From contig NW_019217789.1 of the NCBI RefSeq assembly GCF_002571385.2, positions 1,758,138 through 1,822,137 on the forward strand: 64,000 nt of DNA, read 5' to 3'. How positions within the stretch are numbered: the stretch's first letter is position 1; each line of letters starts with the position of its first letter. The position numbers were made by a program, and so were the translations under genes. This document shows, in pieces, positions 23,200-35,145 of the stretch. The stretch is from Stylophora pistillata. Taxonomy: Eukaryota. The notes below the pieces were generated by a model. That model was not told the DNA's origin. It worked only from the letters and a program-made list of their open reading frames with translations, and made no database searches.

Positions 23200-24916
23200 A
23201 TGGGGACACATTTACTTTGACAAGATCTTTGTTGGACAAACTGAATGACTCAATCAAGTTCCAAGCGAAATCAGGCTCTCAGTCAAAATCACAGAACATT
23301 TTGAAGGTTTGATTGCTGCCATCAGTGACTGTGTACAATCTAGATGAGTTATGGCCGGCTGCTTTGTAATCCTGACAACTTCCCAGCTGTAGCTGAGTCT
23401 CGCAATGTTTCCCAACAAACAACTCTGGACAAGAACAATTGTACCGAACGCTTGTGGGCTCACCGCAGATCTCAGTGCAGGATGAACCGACATGGATTGT
23501 TACTGCAGCAGACATTGCCACACTTGACATCACCGACACATGGAACCATGTCGCTATTAATCTGTTGAAATGGTGTGATTCGGAAATATATATTATCTTT
23601 TACGATTAGAGAGCAGCAGTTTTTGTTGAAAATAGTAATAAATATTAACTTAAGATTTAAATTAAACTGAGGGGAGGTTATCATAAAACAGTAAAAAGCC
23701 AAATTCGAATTTATTATTATTTTTTCCTTGCCGACGTTATTGTAGTTAGGTGTACATCAGAGATAAAATGAAAGAGAGAATCGAGAAAACAGGAGGATAC
23801 AATGCTGGAAAACTATCAGAAAGGAGCCCCTGGAGAACAAGAGAGACGGCATTGGAACTAAAACTGGTTAGTATCAAAAATTCAAACTTTTTTTCGCACT
23901 TTGTAATTAAGATATCGTACGGTGTATTTACAATATTCCAAAGGAAAAGCGAAATGGATTTTTGAAAGTAACCACAACTTTATTCATTTTTGTATGGGGC
24001 ATAATTAACGATAAAAAAATTGATTTCAGTTTACAATTGCCTTGTTCTCTACCTCAGCAGTAGAAGTAAGGGCATTTTAACAGCCTGTTGAGACAGTAAA
24101 AAATGTGCTTCTGTAAGCTTCCCAAGGTTATTTTGTCTGTAACAATTTCCTTTTGTTACCGACATTCGGTAAAATATCGCCTTCTTTTTTATTAATTGAT
24201 GTTCAATTACAGTAGCTAAATGACAAGTGGGCATTAGTGTTAGTTACGAACGGAAGCGCCGACAAACTATTCAGCGACAGAATGTTAGTATAAAAATGAA
24301 GCAACCAATCCATGACTACTTGGTTTTGTGGAAAAAGAAGAAATATAGGACTCGATTGGTGTGTAAAGTTGCAATGTTCGCTCATTTTTTTGAGAAAATA
24401 AAGAATGGTGATCTCCCAATTATTGAAGGTCAATAACCACGGAAAAATTGCCCGTCGATGTTTACAATTACCCTGATTCTCTTTGACAGGGTCTTCCAAC
24501 GCTGTGGTCACCACCTTGTATAGATTTTCCAGCAAAGCAAAAAGAGAGGTTAGTTGATAAAAAAGAAAACAAAAAATCACACATTGCTCCATTTTCAACA
24601 TTTCGCCTACCTTCGTAAAGGTGTCCCAGAGGAGATTGTGATAAGTTCAGCCTAGGGAACGGTTTGAGGAAGCTCTTGTTGGTAAATTAAAATGATTCGC
24701 TTCATTCCTGAATTCACAAAAATTTCCTTCGTCTGTATCGTTGTAGTTAAATGACAAGCATCGGCAGTCTTGGATACACCACGTGTAGCACTGAGCTGGA
24801 CTCAATGTTTCGCAACTGTGAAAAACACGACCAACAAACTTTGAATCTTGCACTGCATCACGATGTACATCAAGCGAATATTTTCTGACATGTGTTTCTG
24901 AGGCAATCCCTCTTAA
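23200..24916 (-). pseudogene. PAN/Apple + EGF + fibrinogen-like N-terminal segment gene, disabled and truncated
   Basis: Exon 24916-24611 encodes PAN (QCYTWCIQDCRCLSFNY...FCE) with a premature TGA at 24647-24649. The exon from 23561 encodes EGF (NNPC/frameshift/CTEIC...YNCSCPELFVGKHCE), then SCQDYK..LYTV.D....FKMFCDFD*EPDFAWNLIESFS. Confidence 0.7.
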
Positions 24917-26372
24917 CTTGCAGAAAAAAATACGCGAATGTGAAAACTTCAGCTAACGTCATCATTTGATGGAGAAATAAGAGAGTGGCTGATTACTACT
25001 TATTCATTCCCAGCATCGCAAACAAGTAAGAGACGAACTGTCTTTGCCTATAAAGCTTGTGGCCAACGTTTTCATAAGAAAGTGGATGATCGCGGATGGG
25101 CTTCATTGAAAAGGGTAAAATGTAATCGATCTAAAACCACCTCTTTTGTGTTTATTGATGACGTCTCTATGTTGCAATCGCTTTGTTGAGGAGCTCTTTT
25201 AATTAATCTTTAACAAAACTACTGTCAAGTGTCAAAGCAAATCAGCTGTTTAGGAAATGTGAATCGGCCCATTCGTCTAACCGTATAGAAATGTTCCTGA
25301 CTCATATTTTTCACCTTGTAATCGACCAAATTTCATCCACTATCAAGAAATAATTAAAGAATGTTGGGTAAAATTTAGTTGAACGATTTCCTTGGAAAAA
25401 GAAAAGAAAAGAAAAAAAAAACTGTAGAAAGAATCTTTGAATGAAAGTTGTCCGTAACTATGATGCGATTCAGTAGAAGTTCCCAACGAAATTAATCGAG
25501 TAGTTCGTCTTCCATTCATATGAGTGCGATTCCATATTTGGGTAACTTTAATCGTTAATATGAGAGTGTTACTCAAGTTCTTTGAAAAGAAGATGCTATC
25601 AAAATTATGTCACGATGCATTGTTTGCAGAAGAAAAGGAGTAAATTATATAATGACTGCAGTCCATGTATATTTCAAAGATTGATTAACACCGGTCATCG
25701 CCCATAAGCTGTGTTGTGTATTCATTTAGTGGAGACACAAACTCCTCAATTGCTTACTATTATTCTCCCTTTATTCGTACGTTGATCAAGTATCTTCTAA
25801 GCTGGTAGAATAGTCTTACTTAGTAACAGTACTTTCACATCACTCAGTAATCTTATAGTAATATCACTAACACTTGTACAAGTACTTTTACTGTGTTCTC
25901 AATACACTACAAGTTGTATGTGTTTTGTGGGAACATTTGCGTGATTTTAGGCTTGAAAGTGCCGGGCACGTCAGCCGACAGAGTTGCATATACATCTTTC
26001 TGCTTTGAAATTTTTCTGCAGTCTCGAAGAGTGTCGTAACTTTCTGTTATTATAGTTTTATTCTTTCAGAATCCTTTTTTATATCTTTTTTTTTTCGCGG
26101 TTTGAGAGAAAACTAATTTGATTGAAAATAAAACATTTATACTAAACAATGGCGGGAGGTGGTGGGGACGTTTTCCGTCCTCTACACTATACCCAGTTTT
26201 ACACCACCAAATGAAAAGTCAACTCGACTAGCCGCTGAACTACATAGCGCCTACGAAACGGCAACAACAGAGGACGGCAGGTGCAGTTACCGGCTAGGTT
26301 GAGTATTATGACAATCGCCGAAGAAATAACAGCATTCTGAATGTACCACTGACATTACTGAAAAAAGGAATC

Positions 26373-28091
26373 ATGTGTTCTCAAGAAGGCATCTTCTGTG
26401 CTAACGTAATGAAGTCGCTTAATGACTTTAGAAAGGAAGGAACTCTCTGCGATGTCACCTTAAGCGCACAGGGGAAAAGTTTTCCGGCACATCGCAACGT
26501 CCTCTCTGCGAATAGTGAATTTTTTAAGGCCTTATTCGCCAATGAGATGAGAGAAAACGTTGAAAATACTGTTCACATGGAGGAATTCGAGCCTCTAGTA
26601 ATGGAACAGCTGCTAGATTACATGTACGGCGGCGGAATAGCTATCACGAGGGAGAATGCCCTTGATCTAGCGATCGGTGCAGATTTTTTGTTTTTGACCG
26701 AGTTGAAGGGAAAAGCTTGTGAATATTTGATTAGCAATTTAAACTCAGAAAATTGTCTGTTTCTCCTGTACATGGCCGAGAAGTACAACGTGAGAGGGCT
26801 TCGTGACAGCGCACAAAAACACATCCTCGAAAATTACGTAGCTGTCTCGGCAAGCGAAGGATTTGCTGCCCTTAGCATAGAACAGTTGCTTGCAATAGTG
26901 TCTAGCGACGATCTCGTCGCTAGAGAGGAAAATATTTTCGAATCAGTGATAACATGGACGAAGCAGGATTTGGAGACAAGAAAGAAGCTCTTTCCCACCC
27001 TGTTTTCATGCATCCGCCTGATCTATATGGCAAGGTGTTACCTGATTAACGAAGTACAAGAGGATGACTTAGTAAAGAATGATGAATCTTGTTTACGACT
27101 CATTACTGCAGCGAAGGAGTTCTTTTCGACTCCTAAGGGAGCTGTGCAGAATTCTGATCACGCCTCAGTGCGGCCACGTGCCTGTCAAACTGCCATCCTG
27201 CTGGTGGGAGGCTGGGAGGAAGATTGTGACATCACTGCCTCATCCAAAGTGTACATGCAAAGTATCAAGCAAATTTTTGAGGTTTCTGCCATGTCTACCC
27301 CTAGAAAGAACCATGGTGTTGCTGTCCATGAGGGTCTAGTGTATGTGGTAGGTGGAACAACTAAGAATGGCAATGTGACAAGGAGTGCAGAATTGTATGA
27401 CCCAAGAACCAATACTTGGTCCAGTTTGTTTTCATTGCGAAAAGAGGTCGCGGGTGTGGGTGTGGCCATGTTAGGGGACTACCTGTATGCAGTAGGAGGG
27501 CATGATTCAAAGGGCATGCCGCAAAGTATTGTGCAGCGCTACAGTGCAAAGTTTAATAAATGGGAATGTGTTGCTTCTATGAATGCTTCTCGCACAAGGC
27601 ACTGTGTTGTTGGTTCGAGTTATGTATATGCTTTTGGTGGATATTCTAGTGATGAAGAGATTCCTTTAAAATCAGCTGAGTATTACAACCATTTGTCAGA
27701 TTCTTGGGTTGACATTGCTCCCATGAATCAATGCCGTTCTGATGCCTGTGCTGTATGCATGGGGAGCAAGATTTATGTGATTGGTGGAGAGGACATTTTA
27801 GGATCTCCAATTAAATTGACATCTTGCGAGATGTATGATCCCAAGACCAATAGATGGACCAATATTGCAGCAGTCCAACATCCACGCTCACATGCAGGTG
27901 CAGTAGTAGTTAAGGACAAGGTGTTTGTTCTTGGTGGTGTTGGCAAAAATAACAGAGAGCTAAGGAGTGTTGAATGTTATGATACAGATCAGCAGCAATG
28001 GCAGGAGGTGGCAAGTTTGCAAGCAGGACTTGAAGGATTTGGGTGTTGTGTGATCACAGTACCTGGTGAATTAATGCCTGTGTTGATTTGA
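26373..28091 (+). CDS. BTB-BACK-Kelch (KLHL family) CUL3 adaptor, single exon, 572 aa
   Basis: BTB (LCDVTL...FPAHRNVLSANSEFFKALF), BACK (EENIFESVITW), six GG-containing kelch repeats. Confidence 0.95.
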   Translation: MCSQEGIFCANVMKSLNDFRKEGTLCDVTLSAQGKSFPAHRNVLSANSEFFKALFANEMRENVENTVHMEEFEPLVMEQLLDYMYGGGIAITRENALDLAIGADFLFLTELKGKACEYLISNLNSENCLFLLYMAEKYNVRGLRDSAQKHILENYVAVSASEGFAALSIEQLLAIVSSDDLVAREENIFESVITWTKQDLETRKKLFPTLFSCIRLIYMARCYLINEVQEDDLVKNDESCLRLITAAKEFFSTPKGAVQNSDHASVRPRACQTAILLVGGWEEDCDITASSKVYMQSIKQIFEVSAMSTPRKNHGVAVHEGLVYVVGGTTKNGNVTRSAELYDPRTNTWSSLFSLRKEVAGVGVAMLGDYLYAVGGHDSKGMPQSIVQRYSAKFNKWECVASMNASRTRHCVVGSSYVYAFGGYSSDEEIPLKSAEYYNHLSDSWVDIAPMNQCRSDACAVCMGSKIYVIGGEDILGSPIKLTSCEMYDPKTNRWTNIAAVQHPRSHAGAVVVKDKVFVLGGVGKNNRELRSVECYDTDQQQWQEVASLQAGLEGFGCCVITVPGELMPVLI

Positions 28092-30244
28092 TAAATAGAC
28101 TGCAATGGAGACTATGTGAACTTCTACAGACAGGGGCTTCCTTCCTGTTTAGGGTGTGCATAGTTGTGGAAGGTCATACATTAATTGCAGTAGCCATGCA
28201 GTCCATGACAATAGAAAAAAATGAAAGGTTTGAAGATTTGTTGCTGTACTACTGTAAATTTTCAAACACAATATCATTGGCTCCAACCAGTTGTTGGAAC
28301 TCCACTGTGGCTGCCTATAAGGCCTCTTGCTGCCTTCCAGTAAGATTAAATCCAAAAAATTTGCCCAACTATTTACAACCTGATCAAGATTACATGGTAC
28401 TTAACAATTTCAATAGAAGTGAACACCTCAAAAATATACATGTGAAAGATTATGTCAGGTAAAAAAAGAAAAAAAAATACTGAAATCTACATGTTTTCCC
28501 AGCCAACTCAAACAGCTGTGTGTCAACTGGCTGGCTTTTAGCTCATTTTGGCTGATTGAAAACCTACAACAGGTTAAGATTACTAAGAAATTAGTAAGAG
28601 AGCTCTTAGTGATGGCTATCAGAAACACAATGTACAAACATATAATAATTAAATGAATTCACTGAATGCTCTTTATACATTTCTTGTCAAACTTTCTTTA
28701 ACCTTTTTACTCCCAAGATACAATTAGTTTTTCCATTCATCTGACTGCCATACATATCCTTGTAAATTAGTCTGGAGAATTCCAATCAACATCAAGATTA
28801 CACTCAACTGATGAGCTTGTCTGCTTTCAAACCCTGTTTCCAAGGACAGAGCTGAATAATGAAATGCTATATCAGAGGGTATGTGGGCAACAATGTGGGC
28901 TCAAGTGTCCTAGGTTTAAAATTTAGGGAAATTAGGGGAAAGTAATTAAAACTGAGGAACTCTGTTTTCATCGAAGGCATTTTTCTATTTCCAGAGGTTT
29001 TAAGGAGAAAACTAATTTTTGAAAAATCTTAACAGGTGTACCAAGTTTTTGGAGATTGTTCTGTAAAAGAAAAGCGGCAAGGAAACGCCTCGAAGCAACA
29101 GAATAGGAAATTAACCATGCAAACGACCCAAAATCCATGTTTCTGCAGCAAAACCTAGGGCATGCGTATACATTATTCCACTCTGTCATTTGCAAGGGGC
29201 TTAGAAAATTAATATTGCAGCAGACTGAGAAAAGTCTGAAGTAACAGGATACCCTACTTCTCAACACCTCCAATGATGTGCCTGAAATATTTAGCCAGAG
29301 AATTCTCTGATCTGTGATGCCAAATAAACAACTTGCATTGTTTTCTTTCGGGAGGATTACATTCAGAAGTCAATGGAAGTCCTTAAATAAAGATGGTAGA
29401 AAATGTTGAGAGGTTTCTTGAATGATCCTCAAAAATGTTTCATCCTTTCTCAATTAAGTATTACTGGAAAGTCATGAATTATTTTGTCTTGGGATATTCA
29501 TATTCTGACCTATGGTAGATCAGTCATTGACACAGACCGATACATTTAAGAGAACAACTTTGCATTAATTTTAAACTGAGCAAGTCTTGTTATGAATTGA
29601 AATCGTCAACAAAGCATCCTAATAATATAGCTGATGCAAGGTAAATTACTTGCAGAACATATCACTTCTGCAATTCATTTGCTGGCAGTATATAAATGAA
29701 GATTCCATGAATTGTAAAGATATGCCTGACTTCATGTTTTCTATTGGTGTCTTTTTTAATGTTATTTTACTTCATTATTATTTTAATTTTATTAATTTTT
29801 TTTTTGGGGGGGGAGGGGGAGGCAAACCCCCCTGAAAACAACTACTTCCTTTGCTAGGACTTTTTTTTCTTCTAGCATTCATTGCAGTTCTAGGTGAGGG
29901 CAAAAAAATTAAAGTAATACATTTGAGATGACCTCCACGAACTTCCTTCTATGAATTGGGGGCAATTTACAAAAGCTGAAACCCATTGAAGTTTCATTCT
30001 ACATATTAGTAGAGAAAGATGTCAAGAAGTGACAATGAAATCCCCATGACAACAGTAACTTAAACTTCATCACAGGAGCAAAGTAAATAAAAAGTTTAGA
30101 AGTCTTAGTTACACTCAACAACATATCGCTTTAATGACAAAGTTGCTATTTTACAAAAGTTGAAGCAAGCTACAAATCCACAACAAAAAAAGCAGATGGA
30201 TCTCTGTACACTGAGGGTGACCTATGCAAACAAATTGTCTTCAA

Positions 30245-33200
30245 CTACTCTCCCTGTGAAGAAAAATAAAAGCATTCAGAGATCAAGCAAAGGCATTCCT
30301 TGGATGTAGTTAGCAACCATAACATTAGATAACCAAGTAGGGCTTAATTTTCACCAACAGAATGTCTCATAAAGGAAGCCTTCTGGGTAACTTGCTGGTG
30401 AGAGGTCAACTGACCCTATATACTTTCTAACAGACAATGGATAAGCCCACGATATAACCCTAAAATATACCAGCTGTCTGACAAGGAATAAGACTTAGTT
30501 TAAGAAATAACTTTAAATTCTCAGTCTCTCTTACTGGATTGTTCTCCTCAGCTTGTGGTTCATAGGACTGTAACTGAAAGAAAGAATTTCACTAAAGTTA
30601 GAAATAAAACAAAGTTGTCACACTTAGAAGCTGATCATCAGATCTGACAGCCAGTCGTTCACTGCATCTGCTTCAAAGCTCAGCAATGGATAGTATTCCC
30701 TTTCTTTTAGAAAGGAAGACTGGGAGACACCTTCCAGTATCAAAAATAGTCCAATTTCATTTAGGGAAAGCTAAATTTCAGAGTTTTTATAAACCTGATT
30801 TCTAGCAAAATGTGAAGTAGCTACATCGGATAGTAACTCAGTGTCTTTTTAACTATTTGTCAGGATTTTATAAATATAAAAATCATAAATATACATTGGA
30901 TGGTTTTATGGACAGATGAATGGAGCATTATGAAATACTATAAATGTCAGTTGAGTGAGGTGTGGTAAAAGTTTGGTGGTGGGGTTTTGGCCACAAAAAT
31001 TATGGTGTTGTCATGGACAATCTTCCTTCTTTACAAAGGTAACTGAGCCTGAAGAGCCATGCATCACCAACCATGAAATTTGAAATCTGCCAAAAGAGGT
31101 GAGGAAAAAAAATGTTACTGGAAAGGGTGCCAGTTAGCTACGACCGCAACACCATTCTAATGTCAAAACATGGTTGCAAAACTTTTGTTGTGCCTGGCAC
31201 AACTGAAAATTGTAATCCTCAGCATATGTCTGTCTATTTTTCTTTTTTCTGTTCTCATGTAGAATACCATTTTCACACCCTTGCACCTAACACTACTGAC
31301 CACACCCAACACTCCAAACTACCAATCAGCAGGCTGTATTATGACAGCCATATCAAATGGATGGGGCTTTTCAAAAGTCCACCTTACACCCCTTTCCACC
31401 AACTCAGCAGGCTGTTTCATGACTCTGTATAAAATGGATGGGGCTTTTCAAAAGTGCAAGATTATTTAGACTAGGTGCTGAAATCTAACACTACTCACAG
31501 ATTTTATTCAGAAAGTTCAACAATTGGATCTTGAGGAATAAGAGACCCAGGGGTCCTCATAGATTTGCGGCTGTTGGAACGGCTTTGCACCTAGTTAAAA
31601 GTTACTTTAAATTTAGTGTTACAATGTTTTTCATAAAAAAAGTTAAAAACAATTGACAAGTATCAGGTTTACTTCTCTTCTTCTGGAAAAGCTTTAAGTA
31701 CATACAAAACATTTCCAAAGCTAAGTTGCTGGTTAGTTCAGTGTTTGAATTCTTTTTAATGGTTACAAACTCAATGGTTTTAATACATTCACTGATAACA
31801 CCTAGAAATACAGTCTTAGTAAGATCATTGCGATTTCTAAGAAATCAAAAGAGATTTTAAAAATTATGAGCCACGATGACTTTCTAAGTCTTTCTCTCTC
31901 TGTGTTGGGTGTGTTGGTTCAGGTAACATTTGATCTAAGGCTTAACATTAAAATAAGTTTAAAAGTTTTCCATTTTCCAGCGGATAATAACAACAATCCT
32001 TATTATTTGAGTGATATCAATAATTTCATATTGAAGAGACAAGTTTTAAAACAGATCCGAAAAATGTTTTCTATTTATTAATATTACCAATGAAACCCTG
32101 TAAACATCTATCAAAAAAAAAAAAAAATTAAAAAATTGCCTGTTTTTTTTGGTTGTTTGAACCTGTTATCAATGAATTTAAGGCTATTTTTGGTAATTAT
32201 AGTCACTTAAAATTATAAATGTTAAATGCAAGAGCTTGAAATAAATGAAGTAAATAAGACGAGGAGATAAACAGTGAATGTTACATTTAGAATAGCTGCT
32301 TCTGTTTATTGTTTCATAATGTTAGTAAGAAGCTATTTGAAACAAAAATTAGTTTAAATAATTATCTGTGCTTAATTTCAACAAAAGAAGATCATCAAAG
32401 TGACCGTGGCTGTCAAATACACTGACGAGACTTACAGGAGTTTCTGCAGCCCAAGACAATCGGTTTTCAACACCTTTGCGAGTGTAAGAAGACGTTGGAG
32501 GCTCAGAAAGGGATGTTATCTGTTAAAATTAGATGATTGTTGTTGTGAAAGGTGAAACTGTTTTGCTTTAACAAAGCATTTGAGAATGATTAGGGCAGGT
32601 TAGTGTGAAATGAAAAGAATATTAAGTTTATTCCTGTAGAAGGAATTGGAATGGTGTGATTGGAAAATTAAAGGTTACATGGTATAATTCCATTAATTCC
32701 AAAACTCCTATATTGCCCATGGTGAGGTTCTTGATGAGTAATGATGCAAAACAAGTCAAGTGGAATGAGCACATGGTCAGGATTTGTTACATTACAGTGT
32801 GTTTTGGAACGGGTATTTGAACCACTAAATTCCAGGAAAAGACAGGAGAGATGACTGGTATAGGAAATATAGTTTCAGCCACCTCACTCCCACCCACAGC
32901 ATCATTTGCCTCCCTTGAGATTAATTCCATTGTCAAAGGGCCTCTGCATATGAATCAGGCTGGACCAATCAGGCTGGACCAATCAGGCTGGACCAATCAG
33001 GTTGGACCAATCAGGCTGGACCGATCAGGCTGGAACAAGCAGGCTGGAACAAGCAGGCTAGACCAATCAGCATAATGACTTTTCCCCTCTGTTCAGGTTA
33101 GTAATATCAACCCAACTGAACATTTACACAATGTGATCAAATTGATTCACTACAGTCACCCAAACCCATTTCATGTTGCTTTCAATTTTTTTCCATTTTT

Positions 33201-34980
33201 TTTTTTGCTTTCATTTCAAATAGTGATCCTAGTGAAGTTTTCATAGCATTCTCAGATAAAAAATTGACAACATTCATTGGGAAACACTGACTAGACCAGA
33301 CCTTGGAAACCACAACAGCTCAATTGGTTCTTAGACTAACCTAACCTTACGTGTGGTGTACATAATGCATTTATTGCAAATCTTCTCACTTACTCTTTGT
33401 TTCAGATTATTGTTTTCCATTGTCAGCTGCTCAACCTTTTGTTTTAAGTCGGAGACTTCATTTTTCAAAGCTTGAATATCTGCTGTTTCAGGAGGACCTC
33501 CATGGAGATGTTCCTTCATGAAGCTTCAACATTATTAAGGTCCAAGATTACTAATAATTAAAATATTGATACCAATTAATCTATTAAGGGAAGAAGACCA
33601 TGGCGGCAGTATGTTAATTACATGCTTTTCTGCTTGGCAAAAGTCATTTGGTGTGGGGATACTTACAATTGATGGTTTGTACCACACCTTACATGTTTGA
33701 GTATGGTGACAGGCTGAGGCTAGTTCTCCCCCCAACTTACATTAGAGTTGCAATAAAAGTAATAAAACTTTCCCAATAATCTGATCAACTTGTTGATTGT
33801 TGAAATAATAATCAGGACATGGAAAGATGTTAGACTGACATGGTAACAGTTCATGTCACCTCATTGTTCTTTCACCCAAAGTCGGAGGGCCTCACCCTAA
33901 GTGTGGACATGTCATCCCAAGTCAGGTTGATTGAAGTCAAACTAATTTTTATGTAAACACTAATTGCTACATGATCACTCTTTACTATTACTCCTTTCAG
34001 GAATATACTATTTGTTGGAATCAATTTTGAAGGCAAACACAATCAACAAACTCACTCAATCCAACATGAGAATGCCTGTGGGGGGAACTGATGTAACTTG
34101 GGGTGAGTGTGGTGCAAGGGGTGATGAAAGCTACCTTAAGTCTAGCATGGGATGACACGACTACATTTAGGGGGTGACCTCGCTTGCGGCAACATGGATG
34201 AAGAGGATCGTGCCTCATACGTATCTAATACCGCAGTTCAAAATATATGAACTTCATATATTTATTCTATCTCATTTATCACTTTCACGGGTTTATTACG
34301 AATCAACTTAACGGCCTGCTCCCAGTTGGCTTGTTAGCTCAATTGGTGGAGCGCTGCACTAGTATCGCAGAGGTCAGTGGTTCGAGTCCCGTACAGGCCT
34401 GATTTTTTTCAGGTCTGATTTTCGCTATTGCATAAATAGCGCTATCTACTGCGAGGATCGTGCCTGATACGTATGGATGAAGAGTGAGAGTGAAAACTGA
34501 GTTAGGGTGTCCTTGTTGATAATTTATGCATTGCACATCATCATTGTAGCTTAACATGTGACGACTTACACACTTTATCGATAAAATGAAGAGTTTCTTG
34601 CTGAAACATAAAGTTTATGGTTAAAAAAATAGAGCACCCGTGAACTAAAATATATACACACATGTACGTTACAAAGGATACTCTAAAGCATTCGCTGGCT
34701 TTTCTGGTTCTTCGTATAAATTCACAAGAACTGTCGAACCAACACAAGAAAAAACTCAGTAAGAGAGATAGAATAAACTTCAAATCAACTAGAAATTTAC
34801 CTTTGGTCAAAGCATCCATAACTCCCGCCTTTTCCAGATATTTTCTAAACTCTTCACGTTTCGAATCGGCCACCTTTGGAAATGGAAAAAAAAATAGAAA
34901 TCAAGAAAACACTTCATGCTCGCTAAAAGAGGTTCGACTGAGACAAAATTTACACTACATACCCTGTACTGTGATGTCAT
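30245..34980 (-). CDS. MYCBP: c-Myc binding protein (AMY-1/MYCBP), ~105 aa
   Basis: Exons 34980-34963, 34873-34801, 34730-34682, 33523-33394, 30573-30535 and 30253-30245 give MTSQYRVADSKREEFRKYLEKAGVMDALTKVLVNLYEEPEKPANALDFMKEHL...LKQRLQSYEPQAEENNPGE*. The final 9-nt exon is less certain. Confidence 0.9.
32953..33071. repeat. 14-bp minisatellite (AATCAGGCTGGACC)~8
   Basis: Directly visible tandem array in MYCBP intron 4. Confidence 0.9.
33524..34681 (-). other. U12-type (minor spliceosome) GT-AG intron in MYCBP
   Basis: Donor GTATCCTTTG; branch-site-like GACCTTAAT ~11 nt before the AG; no polypyrimidine tract. Confidence 0.85.
34225..34452 (+). mobile_element. Repeat element with an internal tRNA-Thr-like cloverleaf (34328-34400)
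   Basis: Acceptor stem GGCTTGT/ACAGGCC, D arm GCTC/GAGC, loop CTAGTAT, GTTCGAGT, followed by T7. Flanked by 22-bp direct repeats at 34203-34224 and 34453-34474. Confidence 0.6.
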
Positions 34981-35145
34981 TTTGTTCGAAGCCAAAAGGT
35001 CTGGAGAAGTTTGAAAAATTTGAGAAATCGAAATGAGGAACTCTGTAGCAACAAGAATCACAAATCAACAGATCCTTGCACTGTGAGGTGCATTATGGGT
35101 AAAGTCATTGGTGCCCAAGCTTCCTATGTCTCACGTCCTCCCAAG
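34981..35145. promoter_or_regulatory. Bidirectional promoter between MYCBP and the C5orf63-like gene
   Basis: ATGs are 165 bp apart, head-to-head. ZNF143/STAF-like site (minus strand TTTACCCATAATGCACCTC, 35085-35103); YY1-like AAGATGGC overlapping the ATG at 35146. Confidence 0.7.

Noticed and set aside
32953-33071. Short regular repeats as a CRISPR-like array
   Set aside because: No unique spacers; a plain minisatellite in eukaryotic DNA.
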